NCBI GenBank assembly: GCA_014377705.1
Contig: JACMPC010000087.1
Coordinates: 4,932 to 68,931 of the forward strand
Direction: 5' to 3'
DNA length: 64,000 nt
Source of the DNA: Dermatophilaceae bacterium
GTDB lineage: Bacteria; Actinomycetota; Actinomycetes; Actinomycetales; Dermatophilaceae
A program made the position numbers and the translations under genes. The notes under the pieces are model-generated. The model was given only the letters and a program-made list of their open reading frames with translations. It was not told the DNA's origin and did not search any database. The number at the start of each line of letters is the position of its first letter. The stretch's first letter is position 1. This document shows positions 36,735 through 49,989 of the stretch, in pieces.

Positions 36735-39339
36735 GACCGGGCAGCCAGAGTCTCGGGTGCTCGTCGAGACCTCCCACCTCGCCAGCGGAGCCCTCGTCGA
36801 GGTCAGCGACCTCACCTGGCGTCCTTTCGGGCGCAGGGAGCCGGTCCTGGCGGGGATCACCCTGAGGATCGAGGCAGGTTCGCGCGTGCTCCTGGCCGGG
36901 CCCAGCGGCTCGGGCAAGTCCACCCTGCTGCGCGCGCTCGCGGGAGTCCTGACCACGACGGAGACGGGCAAGCTCACCGGCTCGGTGCTGGTCAACGGCT
37001 CTGCGGCCGGCACGCTGGTTGGCCTGATGGTGCAGGATCCCGCCGATGCGCTGGTGGCCGGCCAGGTGGGACGGGACGTGGCCTTCGGCCCCGAGAGCTT
37101 CGGTATGCCGCGGGACCAGATCTGGTCGCGGGTCCGGTCGGCGCTGGCCTCCGTGGGGTTCCCCTATGGCGAGGACCATCCGACCAGCGCCCTGTCCGGC
37201 GGGGAGGCCCAGAGGCTGGCGCTAGCCGGGGTCCTGGCCCTGACGCCGCGGCTCGTGCTGCTGGACGAGCCGACCTCGATGCTCGACCCCGACTCCGCCG
37301 CCGTGGTGCGCGAGGCGATCATCTGCGCGGTTCACGACTCGGGGGCCACGCTGGTGATGGTCGAGCACCAGCTGTGCCACTGGGTCGACCAGGTGGACCG
37401 CCTGGTCGTGCTCGCCCCGGGAGGCAGGGTCAGCGCTGACGGCCCGGTGGCTGCGACGCTGGCGAGGTCGGCGGACTCCCTTGCGGCGCAGGGGGTATGG
37501 GTGCCAGATGTGGCGTTCCCCCTCCCGCTGGAGGTGCCCCGGGCCTTATGCGCCCCGACCCTCGCCGTCGGGTCGGGCGGGTCGGGCGGGTCGGGCGGGT
37601 CAGGCTTGTCGGGCGGGTTGAGTGGTTCTGTCTCGCCGGGCGGATCTGGCGCGTCGGGCGCGTCGGGCGGGTTGAGTGGGTTGAGCGGGTTGAGTGGGTT
37701 GAGCGCGGCCAGTGGACCGTTGCTGGTTGCTGCGGAGTCTGTCTCTGTCATCCGTCAGGCTCGGAGGTCCGTCATGTCGGCGAACCGGCCATCCACGGTG
37801 ACGCAGGCCCTGCTGGAGGTCTGCGCGGAGGTGAGCGCCGGGGAGTGTGTCGCGGTCATCGGCCCCAGTGGCGCAGGCAAGTCGACCCTGACGGCGCTGC
37901 TGGCCGGGGTCGACGAGCCCACCCGGGGCCGGGTGCGTGGTGTCGGTCCGCTGCTGGCCGGCGTGAGCGCGAGCCCCTCCGAAGTCATCCATCGCTGGGC
38001 CTCGCGGGACCTGGCAGCCCGGTTCGGCTGGGTGCCCCAGCAGGCTGAGCAGGCAGTGGTCGCCCGCACGGTTCGCGGCGATGTGCTGTCGACGAGCCGG
38101 CGCCTTGGGCTGAACGAGGATGCTGCCGGGGCCCGGGCCGACGCCCTGCTGGCGGTGCTGGGCCTGTCGGCTCTGGCGGGCGCCGACCCGCACTACCTCT
38201 CCGGCGGCGAACAGCGACGGCTGGCACTTGCCGGTGCCATCGCCCACGGGCCTTCGGTCCTGGTGCTGGACGAGCCGAGCGTCGGTCAGGACCGGGTGAC
38301 CTGGGCGGCCGTGGCCGGGGTGGTGGTCGCGGCCCGGGACGCGGGTGTGGGCGTGGTGCTGGCCACCCATGATCCGTTGCTGATTGCCCTTGCCGACCGG
38401 CGGATCACGTTGCGGTCCGGCCGGATCGTCGACGCCTCCTTTGACCCCAGGGCGCAGCTGCCACCGGGCGAAAGGTCCGCGGCATCTCCTTTGGCGGGTC
38501 GTGCCCACCCCCTCGCGGACCCCCGCGAGGGGGTGACACCGCCGCACGCGCGGCCGTCCTCGCTGTGGTCAGGGCTGGTCTTCTCCCGGACCGGCTTCAC
38601 CGGTCGCTGGACTGGCTTGGCGAGCAGGTCCGGCCCGCTCTCGCTGCTTCTGGCCTCGATAGTCCTGGTGCTGGGTGCGCCGTTCATCATCGACCTGAGG
38701 ACGGCCCTGATCGCCATCGGGGCCGAGATCGCGCTGGCTCCGATGGTTCTGGGGCTCGGTCGCCCGCCGTGGCGCCGCCTGCTTCCGGGCCTGTTCACGG
38801 TCGCGTCGGTGAGCTTCTCGAACTGGCTGCTCAGCCCCGGCCGTGAGGTGTCCACCGGCGCGCTGGCCGGGCTGCGGGTGGCCTTCTTCGTGGTGCCGAG
38901 CGTCCTGCTGGTCTCGCGCATCGACCCGTCGGCGCTGGGCGATCACCTAGGCCAGCGCCTGCGTCTGCCCGCCCGGCCGGTCGTTGCCGCGGTGGCCGCG
39001 CTGCACCGCTTCGAGGGCCTCGGCAAGACCTGGGACCAGCTCGCCCGCGTCCGCCGGGTACGCGGGCTGCAGGCGGGTCGCTCGCTGCCCGGTCGGGCGC
39101 GTTCGGTCGCGGCCCTGACCTTCGGGCTGCTCATCGAGACGCTGCGCCAGGCAGGGCGGATGGCGGTGGCGATGGAGGCGCGCGGATTCTCGGCCGCAGT
39201 CCCGTCCACCTCGCCAGCTGGTTCGCCGGCCCCTCGCCGGACCTGGGCAGAGCCGGCGCCCTGGCTGCTCAGTGACTCGGTGATGCTGGCGCTGGGGCTC
39301 ATGGTGGCCGCGGTACCACTGTTCGTCCCCCGTGTGTAG
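36715..39339 (+). CDS. ECF transporter triple fusion: ATPase (A) - ATPase (A') - transmembrane T component (YkoD+YkoC-like)
   Basis: Two ABC cassettes are present: GPSGSGKST...LSGGEAQRLALA...LLDEPTS and GPSGAGKST...LSGGEQRRLALA...VLDEPSV. The C-terminal 250 aa or so is polytopic with the EcfT/CbiQ-type ...AMEARGF motif. The GTG 36715 start overlaps the S-component gene by 20 nt. Confidence 0.85.
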   Translation: MSPTQSETGQPESRVLVETSHLASGALVEVSDLTWRPFGRREPVLAGITLRIEAGSRVLLAGPSGSGKSTLLRALAGVLTTTETGKLTGSVLVNGSAAGTLVGLMVQDPADALVAGQVGRDVAFGPESFGMPRDQIWSRVRSALASVGFPYGEDHPTSALSGGEAQRLALAGVLALTPRLVLLDEPTSMLDPDSAAVVREAIICAVHDSGATLVMVEHQLCHWVDQVDRLVVLAPGGRVSADGPVAATLARSADSLAAQGVWVPDVAFPLPLEVPRALCAPTLAVGSGGSGGSGGSGLSGGLSGSVSPGGSGASGASGGLSGLSGLSGLSAASGPLLVAAESVSVIRQARRSVMSANRPSTVTQALLEVCAEVSAGECVAVIGPSGAGKSTLTALLAGVDEPTRGRVRGVGPLLAGVSASPSEVIHRWASRDLAARFGWVPQQAEQAVVARTVRGDVLSTSRRLGLNEDAAGARADALLAVLGLSALAGADPHYLSGGEQRRLALAGAIAHGPSVLVLDEPSVGQDRVTWAAVAGVVVAARDAGVGVVLATHDPLLIALADRRITLRSGRIVDASFDPRAQLPPGERSAASPLAGRAHPLADPREGVTPPHARPSSLWSGLVFSRTGFTGRWTGLASRSGPLSLLLASIVLVLGAPFIIDLRTALIAIGAEIALAPMVLGLGRPPWRRLLPGLFTVASVSFSNWLLSPGREVSTGALAGLRVAFFVVPSVLLVSRIDPSALGDHLGQRLRLPARPVVAAVAALHRFEGLGKTWDQLARVRRVRGLQAGRSLPGRARSVAALTFGLLIETLRQAGRMAVAMEARGFSAAVPSTSPAGSPAPRRTWAEPAPWLLSDSVMLALGLMVAAVPLFVPRV
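37568..37712 (+). repeat. In-frame 9-bp-type microsatellite region encoding a Gly/Ser/Leu linker between the two ATPase cassettes
   Basis: gggtcgggc x3-4, then gcgtcgggc x2, then gggttgag(t/c) x4. These encode GSGGSGGSGGSGLSGGLSGSVSPGGSGASGASGGLSGLSGLSGLS. Confidence 0.85.
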
Positions 39340-39412
39340 CCCGTTCCCTTTTCGGCGTTTACGTGGCGCTAGTCTGCAGCCACCGGAGAGGTGAACCCTT
39401 CCGGCCCTCCAG

Positions 39413-41281
39413 ATGAGCAGGAGCCTCATGTCCCCTTCACGCGCACGTCGTCTCACGGGTGTTATGGCCGCGGTACTGACAACCGGAACGGGGGTGGTGA
39501 TGACAGGCGCGATCTCCCAGGCGGCCCCACACGGCCCTACGACGAACATCCAGATCCTGTCGTTCAACGACTTCCACGGAAACCTCAAACCGCCTGCCGG
39601 TTCCAGCAGCGCCATCGTGATCGACCACTCGCTTGCCGCCGCCCCGAGCTTCAACGTGAACGCCACCGCTGGCGGCGTCGAGTACCTCGCCACCCATCTT
39701 CGTGATGCGCGAGTCGGACACCCCAACACCGTCACGGTCGCGGCCGGCGACATCATCGGCGCGTCGCCTCTGCTGTCCGCCGCGTTCCACGACGAGCCCA
39801 CGATCGAGGCGATGAACGCGCTCGGCCTCGAGGCCACCGCGGTCGGCAACCACGAGTTCGACGAAGGCTACAAGGAGCTCCTGCGGATGCAGTACGGCGG
39901 CTGCCTTCCGGACGGCCCCAACGGCCTCAACAACCAGAACTCCTGCGCCACGCCGGTCGCCTTCCCGGGTGCCCGCTTCAAGATCCTCGCCGCGAACGTC
40001 AAGTATGCGGGCACGAACGACACGATCCTGCCGTCGTACTGGGTCAAGAACCTCAACGGCGCCAAGGTCGGCTTCATCGGCATGACGCTGAAGGAGACCC
40101 CGAGCATCGTGACAGCTGCCGGTGTGGCGGGCCTGCAGTTCACCGACGAGGTCACGACGGCCAACGCCCTCGTGCCCAAGCTACGTGAGCTGGGTGTCAA
40201 GGCGATCGTCGTGCTGGTCCACCAGGGCGGCACACCTGCGGTGCAGCAGTGGGTCGGGCCGGACCACAAGACCTACGGCGTGAACGCCACCTACGACTAC
40301 ACCTGCGGGGGAGGTGGCAGCCTCAAAGCCGACTCGGCCATCCTGCCGATCGCGGCCAACCTCGACCCGCAGATCGACATGATCATCTCGGGCCACACCC
40401 ACCAGCCCTACGTCTGCAACGTGCCCGACCCGAGCGGCCAGCAGCGACTGGTGACTTCGGCGTCGTCCTTCGGCCGGCTCTTCACAGAGACCAACCTGAC
40501 GTTCGACCGTCGGACGCAGGACATCGTCCGCGCGTCGGTCAAGGGCAACAACATGATCGTGACCCGCGTCGTGCCCAAGGCGACCGACGAGACCAAGATC
40601 ATCGACACATACTCGACCCTGATCGCGCCCATCGCCAACAAGGAGCTGGGCAACATCACGGCCGACATCAACCGGGCTCAGAGCCCGGCCGGGGAGTCCA
40701 CGCTGGGGGACCTGATCGCCGACGCGCAGGTCAACGACCCGTCCGTGGTCACAGGTGGTCAGAAGCCCGTGGTCGCGTTCATGAACCCAGGCGGTATCCG
40801 CGGCGACCTGACCTTCCTCAAGTCCGGGCCGGAGCTCGCTGATGGCATCGTCCGGTACGAAGAGGCGTTCACCGTCCAGCCGTTCAACAACTACATGGTC
40901 TCGATGAGTCTGACCGGCGCCAACATCTGGAGCCTCCTCCAGCAACAGTGGTCTGGAAGCAACGTCTCGTCCGTCAAGTTCCTGCAGGTCAGCAACGGCC
41001 TGCACTACACGTGGTCGGGCACCGGGGCGACACGGGCTGTCTCTGCGGTCAGCATCAAGGATCCGGTCAGCCTGGCCTATGTCGCAGTGCCGAACGATGC
41101 CTCCAAGGTGTACCGCATCGCGACGAACAACTTCCTCTCCGATGGTGGCGACAACTTCGCGGCGTTCAAGGGTGGCACCGGCAAGTACTTCGGAGGCCTC
41201 GACATCGACGCCTTCGCGAACTACCTGCCGACCGTGTCGCCATACAGCCCGGCGCTGCCGGACCGCATCACCAAGCAGTAG
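39413..41281 (+). CDS. Secreted bifunctional metallophosphatase / 5'-nucleotidase (UshA-like)
   Basis: A signal peptide is followed by ILSFNDFHGNL, AAGDIIGASP, VGNHEFDEG and ISGHTH. The C-terminal 5'-nucleotidase domain contains GGIRGDL and SNNFLSDGGDNF-type segments. Confidence 0.85.
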   Translation: MSRSLMSPSRARRLTGVMAAVLTTGTGVVMTGAISQAAPHGPTTNIQILSFNDFHGNLKPPAGSSSAIVIDHSLAAAPSFNVNATAGGVEYLATHLRDARVGHPNTVTVAAGDIIGASPLLSAAFHDEPTIEAMNALGLEATAVGNHEFDEGYKELLRMQYGGCLPDGPNGLNNQNSCATPVAFPGARFKILAANVKYAGTNDTILPSYWVKNLNGAKVGFIGMTLKETPSIVTAAGVAGLQFTDEVTTANALVPKLRELGVKAIVVLVHQGGTPAVQQWVGPDHKTYGVNATYDYTCGGGGSLKADSAILPIAANLDPQIDMIISGHTHQPYVCNVPDPSGQQRLVTSASSFGRLFTETNLTFDRRTQDIVRASVKGNNMIVTRVVPKATDETKIIDTYSTLIAPIANKELGNITADINRAQSPAGESTLGDLIADAQVNDPSVVTGGQKPVVAFMNPGGIRGDLTFLKSGPELADGIVRYEEAFTVQPFNNYMVSMSLTGANIWSLLQQQWSGSNVSSVKFLQVSNGLHYTWSGTGATRAVSAVSIKDPVSLAYVAVPNDASKVYRIATNNFLSDGGDNFAAFKGGTGKYFGGLDIDAFANYLPTVSPYSPALPDRITKQ

Positions 41282-41338
41282 CCGCCTTGAGCAGTAGCTC
41301 TACCACGCAGTAGCTCTACCTAGCAGTAGTCCGACCGA
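41275..41338 (+). repeat. 16-bp tandem repeat (x4) starting at the 5'-nucleotidase stop codon
   Basis: gcagtag occurs at 41275, 41291, 41307 and 41323, an exact 16-bp period. The first TAG (41279-41281) is the gene stop, and successive TAGs fall in frames 0, +1, +2 and 0. Confidence 0.85.
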
Positions 41339-41348
41339 ACATCGGAGT

Positions 41349-41384
41349 GCGCCGCAGATTCCTTGCAACAGGCGTCTGCGGCGC
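41349..41384 (+). terminator. Stem-loop downstream of the 5'-nucleotidase gene
   Basis: GCGCCGCAGA (41349-41358) pairs with TCTGCGGCGC (41375-41384), giving a 10-bp perfect stem and a 16-nt loop. There is no U-tract. Confidence 0.4.
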
Positions 41385-41775
41385 AAGCACAGGTTCGCGC
41401 CAGGCTCAGGACCAGTGCTGCCAGCGCGCACAGAGGCACCGAACCGCCCCACGCGTCACTCTCATTCATGGCATGTATTCGTCGAGGTAGCCGACCACCT
41501 CAAGGGGGTCAAGCAGCGCCGACGCGGGCCCTCATCTGGCTGTCGGCACAGGTGGACCCTCTTCCGTCGACGTGGCCGACCTCGGCCGATTCACTGAGCG
41601 CACCCGCGTCACTCGTAGCGCACGTCCGCAGGTGCTCGATCAATGACGCATCTGCGCTGAGTGCCTCGGCGATGAAGCCGCGCAGGCGCGGGGTCGCTCA
41701 GCGTGGTTGCCTCGCTGGGTGTTGGGCGGTCCCAGACGCTCAGGTGGACGTGGGAACAATCTGCGGGTGGTCTAA

Positions 41776-41797
41776 GTTGAGTGAAGTAAGCGCAAGT
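41776..41797 (+). promoter_or_regulatory. Degenerate HAIR-like (HspR operator) element and candidate dnaK promoter region
   Basis: TTGAGT-gaagtaa-GCGCAAG (41777-41796) compared with the HAIR consensus CTTGAGT-N7-ACTCAAG. TTGACA at 41813-41818 is followed 18 nt later by CAGATT. A second compressed CTTGACAACTCAGG motif sits at 41812-41825. Confidence 0.3.
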
Positions 41798-41926
41798 TTG
41801 CGGAGCCTCGGCTTGACAACTCAGGCTGAGGGCGGGCAGATTAGGCGACGAAGCATCACCCGAACAGCAAGTGACGGGCATTGATCTGAATGCTCGCCAG
41901 ACCACTCGTCATACAGGAGATAAGAA

Positions 41927-43833
<1,907 letters not shown>

Positions 43834-43837
<4 letters not shown>

Positions 43838-44565
43838 CAGACCCCAACCCTGTCGGCCAACCGATCGACCAACCTGTCAACCCGGAACGCGTGGGCTCGG
43901 AGGAATCCGAGCCCACGGGCCCCAGGGTCACCGACAAGCGACGTCTGGATCCGGAGACGGGCGAGGTACGCCCTGTGGTTGGCGCCTCTACGGCCGGCCG
44001 GCAGGACGTGTTTGCCGAGGCTGTGCCCGACAATCTCGCGGACCTGTTCGCGGCCGCTGATGGCGCTGCGCCCGACCTGGCTGACGGTGTCGAGGGCGCC
44101 GACGTTCACCCGGACACGACTCTGGCGGCTGACCTGACCCGGGACCTGCAGAGGCTGCAGGCCGAGTACGTCAACTACAAGAGGCGGGTCGACCGTGACC
44201 GTGAGATGCATCGCGACCTGGCCGTCTGCAGCGTCGTCGAGAGGTTGCTGCCGGTGCTGGACGACATCGATCTGGCACGCCAGCACGGTGACCTTGAGGG
44301 CGGGCCGTTCGCCGCGATTGCCGACAAGCTCGATGGCGTCCTGACCAAGATCGGTGTGGAGCGCTTCGGCCAGCCCGGCGACGCGTTCGACCCCAATGTC
44401 CACGAGGCCCTCATGCACATCGAGGCCGAGCTGGCGGTGGGCACCGACGAGACGACGGTCGTCCAGGTGCTTCAACCCGGCTACCGGGTCGGCGAAAGGA
44501 TGATCAGGGTGGCCCGCGTAGCAGTGGCCGACCCGCGCACCCCACCCCCAAACCCGCAAACCTAG
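43834..44565 (+). CDS. grpE: Nucleotide exchange factor GrpE
   Basis: [15 protein letters not shown] and [11 protein letters not shown]...[20 protein letters not shown]. The GTG start overlaps the dnaK TGA (GTGA). The last codons and the TAG stop are provided by a copy of the dispersed repeat. Confidence 0.9.
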
Positions 44566-44765
44566 GGACTATGCGAGAAATTCGGCACAAACCTAGGGAC
44601 CGTGCGACTGCACGATCCCTAGGTTTGGCGGGTTTGCGACTGCACGGTCCCTAGGTTTGACTGCACGATCCCTAGGTTTGGCGGGTTTGCGACTGCACGG
44701 TCCCTAGGTTTGACTGCACGATCCCTAGGTTTGGCGGGTTTGGGACCGCACGGTCCCTAGGTTTG
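44557..44765. repeat. Dispersed repeat family, locus D: 2 reverse plus 6 forward copies filling the grpE-dnaJ spacer
   Basis: Reverse copies sit at about 44557 and at 44588-44605. Forward gcacg(a/g)tccctaggtttg copies sit at 44610, 44642, 44663, 44695, 44716 and 44748. Spacing alternates 32 and 21 bp, which gives a 53-bp higher-order unit repeated three times. Confidence 0.9.
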
Positions 44766-44781
44766 TTGAATTACGGAGGAG

Positions 44782-45834
44782 ATGTCGATGGCGAGCCAGG
44801 ACTGGTTCGAGAAGGACTTCTACGCGATCCTCGGCGTTCCTGCGGACGCGGACTCGACGGCGATCAAGAAGGCGTACCGCAAGCTCGCGCGTACTCTTCA
44901 CCCCGACCAGGCACCTGGCGACGCGAAGGCGGAAAAGCGCTTCAAGGAGATCGGCGAGGCGTATGCCGTGCTGTCCTCAGACGAGGACCGCAAGCAGTAC
45001 GACGCGATCCGCTCGATGAGCCACGGTGGCGCCAGGTTCAGTTCCGGCGGCCCTGGTGGCGGCGGTGCCGGGTTCGAGGACGTTTTCAGCAACCTGTTCG
45101 GGGGCAGCGGCGGAGCAGGTGGTGGCGGTCGTGGCGGCAACGTCCGCTTCAACACCGGAGCAGGTGGTGGCGGCGGCGGACAGCCGAACCTCGAGGACCT
45201 GCTCGGCGGCATGTTCAGTGGACAGCAGGGCCAGCAGCGCCAGCAGGGGTACGGGGGCTTCGGCTCCACGGCCGGACCACGCCGGGGCCAGGACCTTGAG
45301 GCTCACGCGACCCTGTCGTTCCGGGACGCCGTCCAGGGGTCGACAGTGACCCTGAGGACTGCCGACGGCTCCAAGATCACCGCGCGCATCCCGGTCGGCG
45401 TCAAGGACGGCCAGAAGATCCGGTTGCGTGGCAAGGGCAACCCCGGCGACCAGGGTGCACCTGCGGGTGACCTCATGCTCACGGTGCAGGTGGGGGGACA
45501 CCCCGTCTTCGGCCGTGATGGCGACAACCTGACAGTCGATCTGCCCGTCACTTTTGCCGAAGCCGCGCTGGGGGCAACGGTTTCGGTGCCGACCCTGTCC
45601 GGTGACCCGGTCAAGGTCAAGATCGCCGCCGGGACCCCGAACGGTCGGGTCCTTCGGGTCAAGGGCCGAGGGATCGCCGCGAAGAACCACACGGGTGACC
45701 TGCTGGCCAAGGTGAGTGTCGCGATACCTCAGAGGTTGTCCGACAAGGCGCGCGAGGCCGTGGAGGTGCTGCGGGCAGAGGAAGCGGATGCCGACCCCCG
45801 GGCGGACGTGTTCGCCCGGGCCCGGCAGGGCTGA
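44782..45834 (+). CDS. dnaJ: J-domain co-chaperone DnaJ, class B-like (no zinc-finger domain)
   Basis: J domain [32 protein letters not shown], then a G/F-rich region and C-terminal substrate-binding domains. There is no cysteine anywhere in the protein. ATG 44788 has better spacing to GGAGGA and is an alternative start. Confidence 0.9.
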   Translation: MSMASQDWFEKDFYAILGVPADADSTAIKKAYRKLARTLHPDQAPGDAKAEKRFKEIGEAYAVLSSDEDRKQYDAIRSMSHGGARFSSGGPGGGGAGFEDVFSNLFGGSGGAGGGGRGGNVRFNTGAGGGGGGQPNLEDLLGGMFSGQQGQQRQQGYGGFGSTAGPRRGQDLEAHATLSFRDAVQGSTVTLRTADGSKITARIPVGVKDGQKIRLRGKGNPGDQGAPAGDLMLTVQVGGHPVFGRDGDNLTVDLPVTFAEAALGATVSVPTLSGDPVKVKIAAGTPNGRVLRVKGRGIAAKNHTGDLLAKVSVAIPQRLSDKAREAVEVLRAEEADADPRADVFARARQG

Positions 45835-45837
45835 GCC

Positions 45838-46299
45838 ATGGATGCCTTGCGTGGCTCCCGTGGGTTCTCCCCTGATGACGAGACTCCGGTCTTCGTCATC
45901 TCGGTAGCGGCCCAGCTGGCCGGCATGCACGCGCAGACCCTGCGGCAGTACGACCGGCTGGGCCTGGTCTCACCCTCGCGCACGCGTGGCGGGGGCCGGC
46001 GCTACTCGGCGCGTGACGTCGCACTGCTGCGGGAGGTGCAACGTCTCTCGCAGGATGAGGGTGTCAGCCTGGCCGGCATTCAACGGATCCTGGATCTGGA
46101 GAACCAGGTGCAGGCCCTTCGCGCCCGGGTCGGCGACCTGCGCGACGAGGTCGAAGCCCTGAGGTCGGTCATCGGCGCGGGTTCGAGAGTCTTCGCCGCC
46201 GGTCAGGCCGGTGAGGTCGTGGTCGTGCGCGCCGGCCAGCGTCCGAACCGCAGCATCGTCCCGTCCCGGGCGCTCGTCGTCTGGCGCGGACGCCGCTGA
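45838..46299 (+). CDS. hspR: MerR-family heat-shock repressor HspR
   Basis: VFVISVAAQLAGMHAQTLRQYDRLGLVSPSRTRGGGRRYSARDVALLREVQRL. It occupies the last position of the dnaK operon. Confidence 0.9.
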   Translation: MDALRGSRGFSPDDETPVFVISVAAQLAGMHAQTLRQYDRLGLVSPSRTRGGGRRYSARDVALLREVQRLSQDEGVSLAGIQRILDLENQVQALRARVGDLRDEVEALRSVIGAGSRVFAAGQAGEVVVVRAGQRPNRSIVPSRALVVWRGRR

Positions 46300-46318
46300 G
46301 GGAGTCTGGACCCTTCGT

Positions 46319-46846
46319 TCACCTGAGCGCAGCGTTGAACGCATCGTGGGTTGCCGCCCCGAAAAGCACGAAACGCACCAGGTCGAGCTCGCGCAGGTAT
46401 GACGAACCGCGGACCGTGGCGATCGCGATACCGGCGACCACGGCTGGGTCCCAGCCAAAGATGCCCGCGCTGATGGCAGGGAACGCCACGGATCGCGCTC
46501 CTACCTTCACCGCCTCCCGCAGCGAGTGCTCGAAGCAGGATGCGAGAAGGGCCGGATCTGTCTGTCCCGCATGTCGATTCGGCCCCACGGTGTGAATGAC
46601 CCAGCCCGCCGGCAGGTCTCCGGCGCCGGTCGCCACGGCTTCACCGACCGGAAGGCCGTGCGGATATGTCGCGCGTCGAAGCTCGCGACACTCCGCCAGC
46701 AGGCGCGGGCCGGCAGCCCGGTGAATGGCCCCGTCAACACCCCCGCCGCCGAGCAGGGAACTCTGGGCAGCGTTGACGATCGCGTCGACTCGCTGGGTGG
46801 TGATGTCACCCTCGATGGCCTCAATAATGGCCTCATGTGTGGACAT
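46319..46846 (-). CDS. Macro-domain protein (O-acetyl-ADP-ribose deacetylase, YmdB-like)
   Basis: GDITTQRVDAIVNAAQSSLLGGGGVDGAIHRAAGP, HTVGP, AFPAISAGIFGW. Confidence 0.85.
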   Translation of the reverse strand: MSTHEAIIEAIEGDITTQRVDAIVNAAQSSLLGGGGVDGAIHRAAGPRLLAECRELRRATYPHGLPVGEAVATGAGDLPAGWVIHTVGPNRHAGQTDPALLASCFEHSLREAVKVGARSVAFPAISAGIFGWDPAVVAGIAIATVRGSSYLRELDLVRFVLFGAATHDAFNAALR

Positions 46847-47424
46847 GTCTCAGACCGTAGACCTCGGCAGACAAGAGGCGGTGACGGAATGTCGTCAGTG
46901 CCTCTCAGCAGGATGCTGCACCGATCCCCTGACAACCAGTGGGAACCGGCAACGGCGTGCCGCACAATTGGCATGCCTCACCTGCTCCGAACGAAGGGAT
47001 CCCCTCGTGTCCACAGAGACCGTGCTCGCCGTTGCTGCCTCCTCGTTCGGAGTGGTCATGGGCGCCGGACCCTCGCTGCAGATCCGGAGGATGGTCCGAG
47101 AAAAGTCCAGTCGTGACGTCTCGATCGGGTATTTCGCGATCATCGCCTTCGGGTCCCTGCTGTGGGCATCGTATGGAGTGTCGCTCGGAAACCTTGCCAT
47201 CGTCATTCCCAACGTCGTCGGCTTCCTCGTCACGGTGGTCACGATTCTGGTGGCCAGCCGGTTGCGTCGCCACGACAGACTCAACACTTCGGAGCGCATC
47301 GGTACTGACAATGATGATCTGCGTGGAGGCGACGGCGACAGCGGTGGCGCCGGAGCTGGTGTGGTGCACTGCCTGACTCTCGATCGTCTGGCAGTCTGCG
47401 AAGCAGAAGACAATAATCTGGCTC

Positions 47425-49982
<2,558 letters not shown>

Positions 49983-49989
<7 letters not shown>

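Noticed and set aside
41363-41884. The 173-aa plus-strand ORF (and 41609..41905 on the minus strand) in the dnaK upstream region
   Set aside because: Composition is Ala/Ser/Arg-rich with scattered Cys and Trp. There is no RBS and no homology, and GC3 looks lower than in real genes here. The region is treated as non-coding leader or decayed sequence and is flagged in the findings instead.
44557-44765. A regularly spaced repeat array that could be mistaken for a small CRISPR
   Set aside because: The spacers are themselves repeated (alternating 14-nt and 3-nt fillers, identical between units). The repeats are only about 18 bp and occur in both orientations. The same unit is dispersed at other intergenic loci, and no cas genes are present. 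This is an interspersed repeat array, not a CRISPR.
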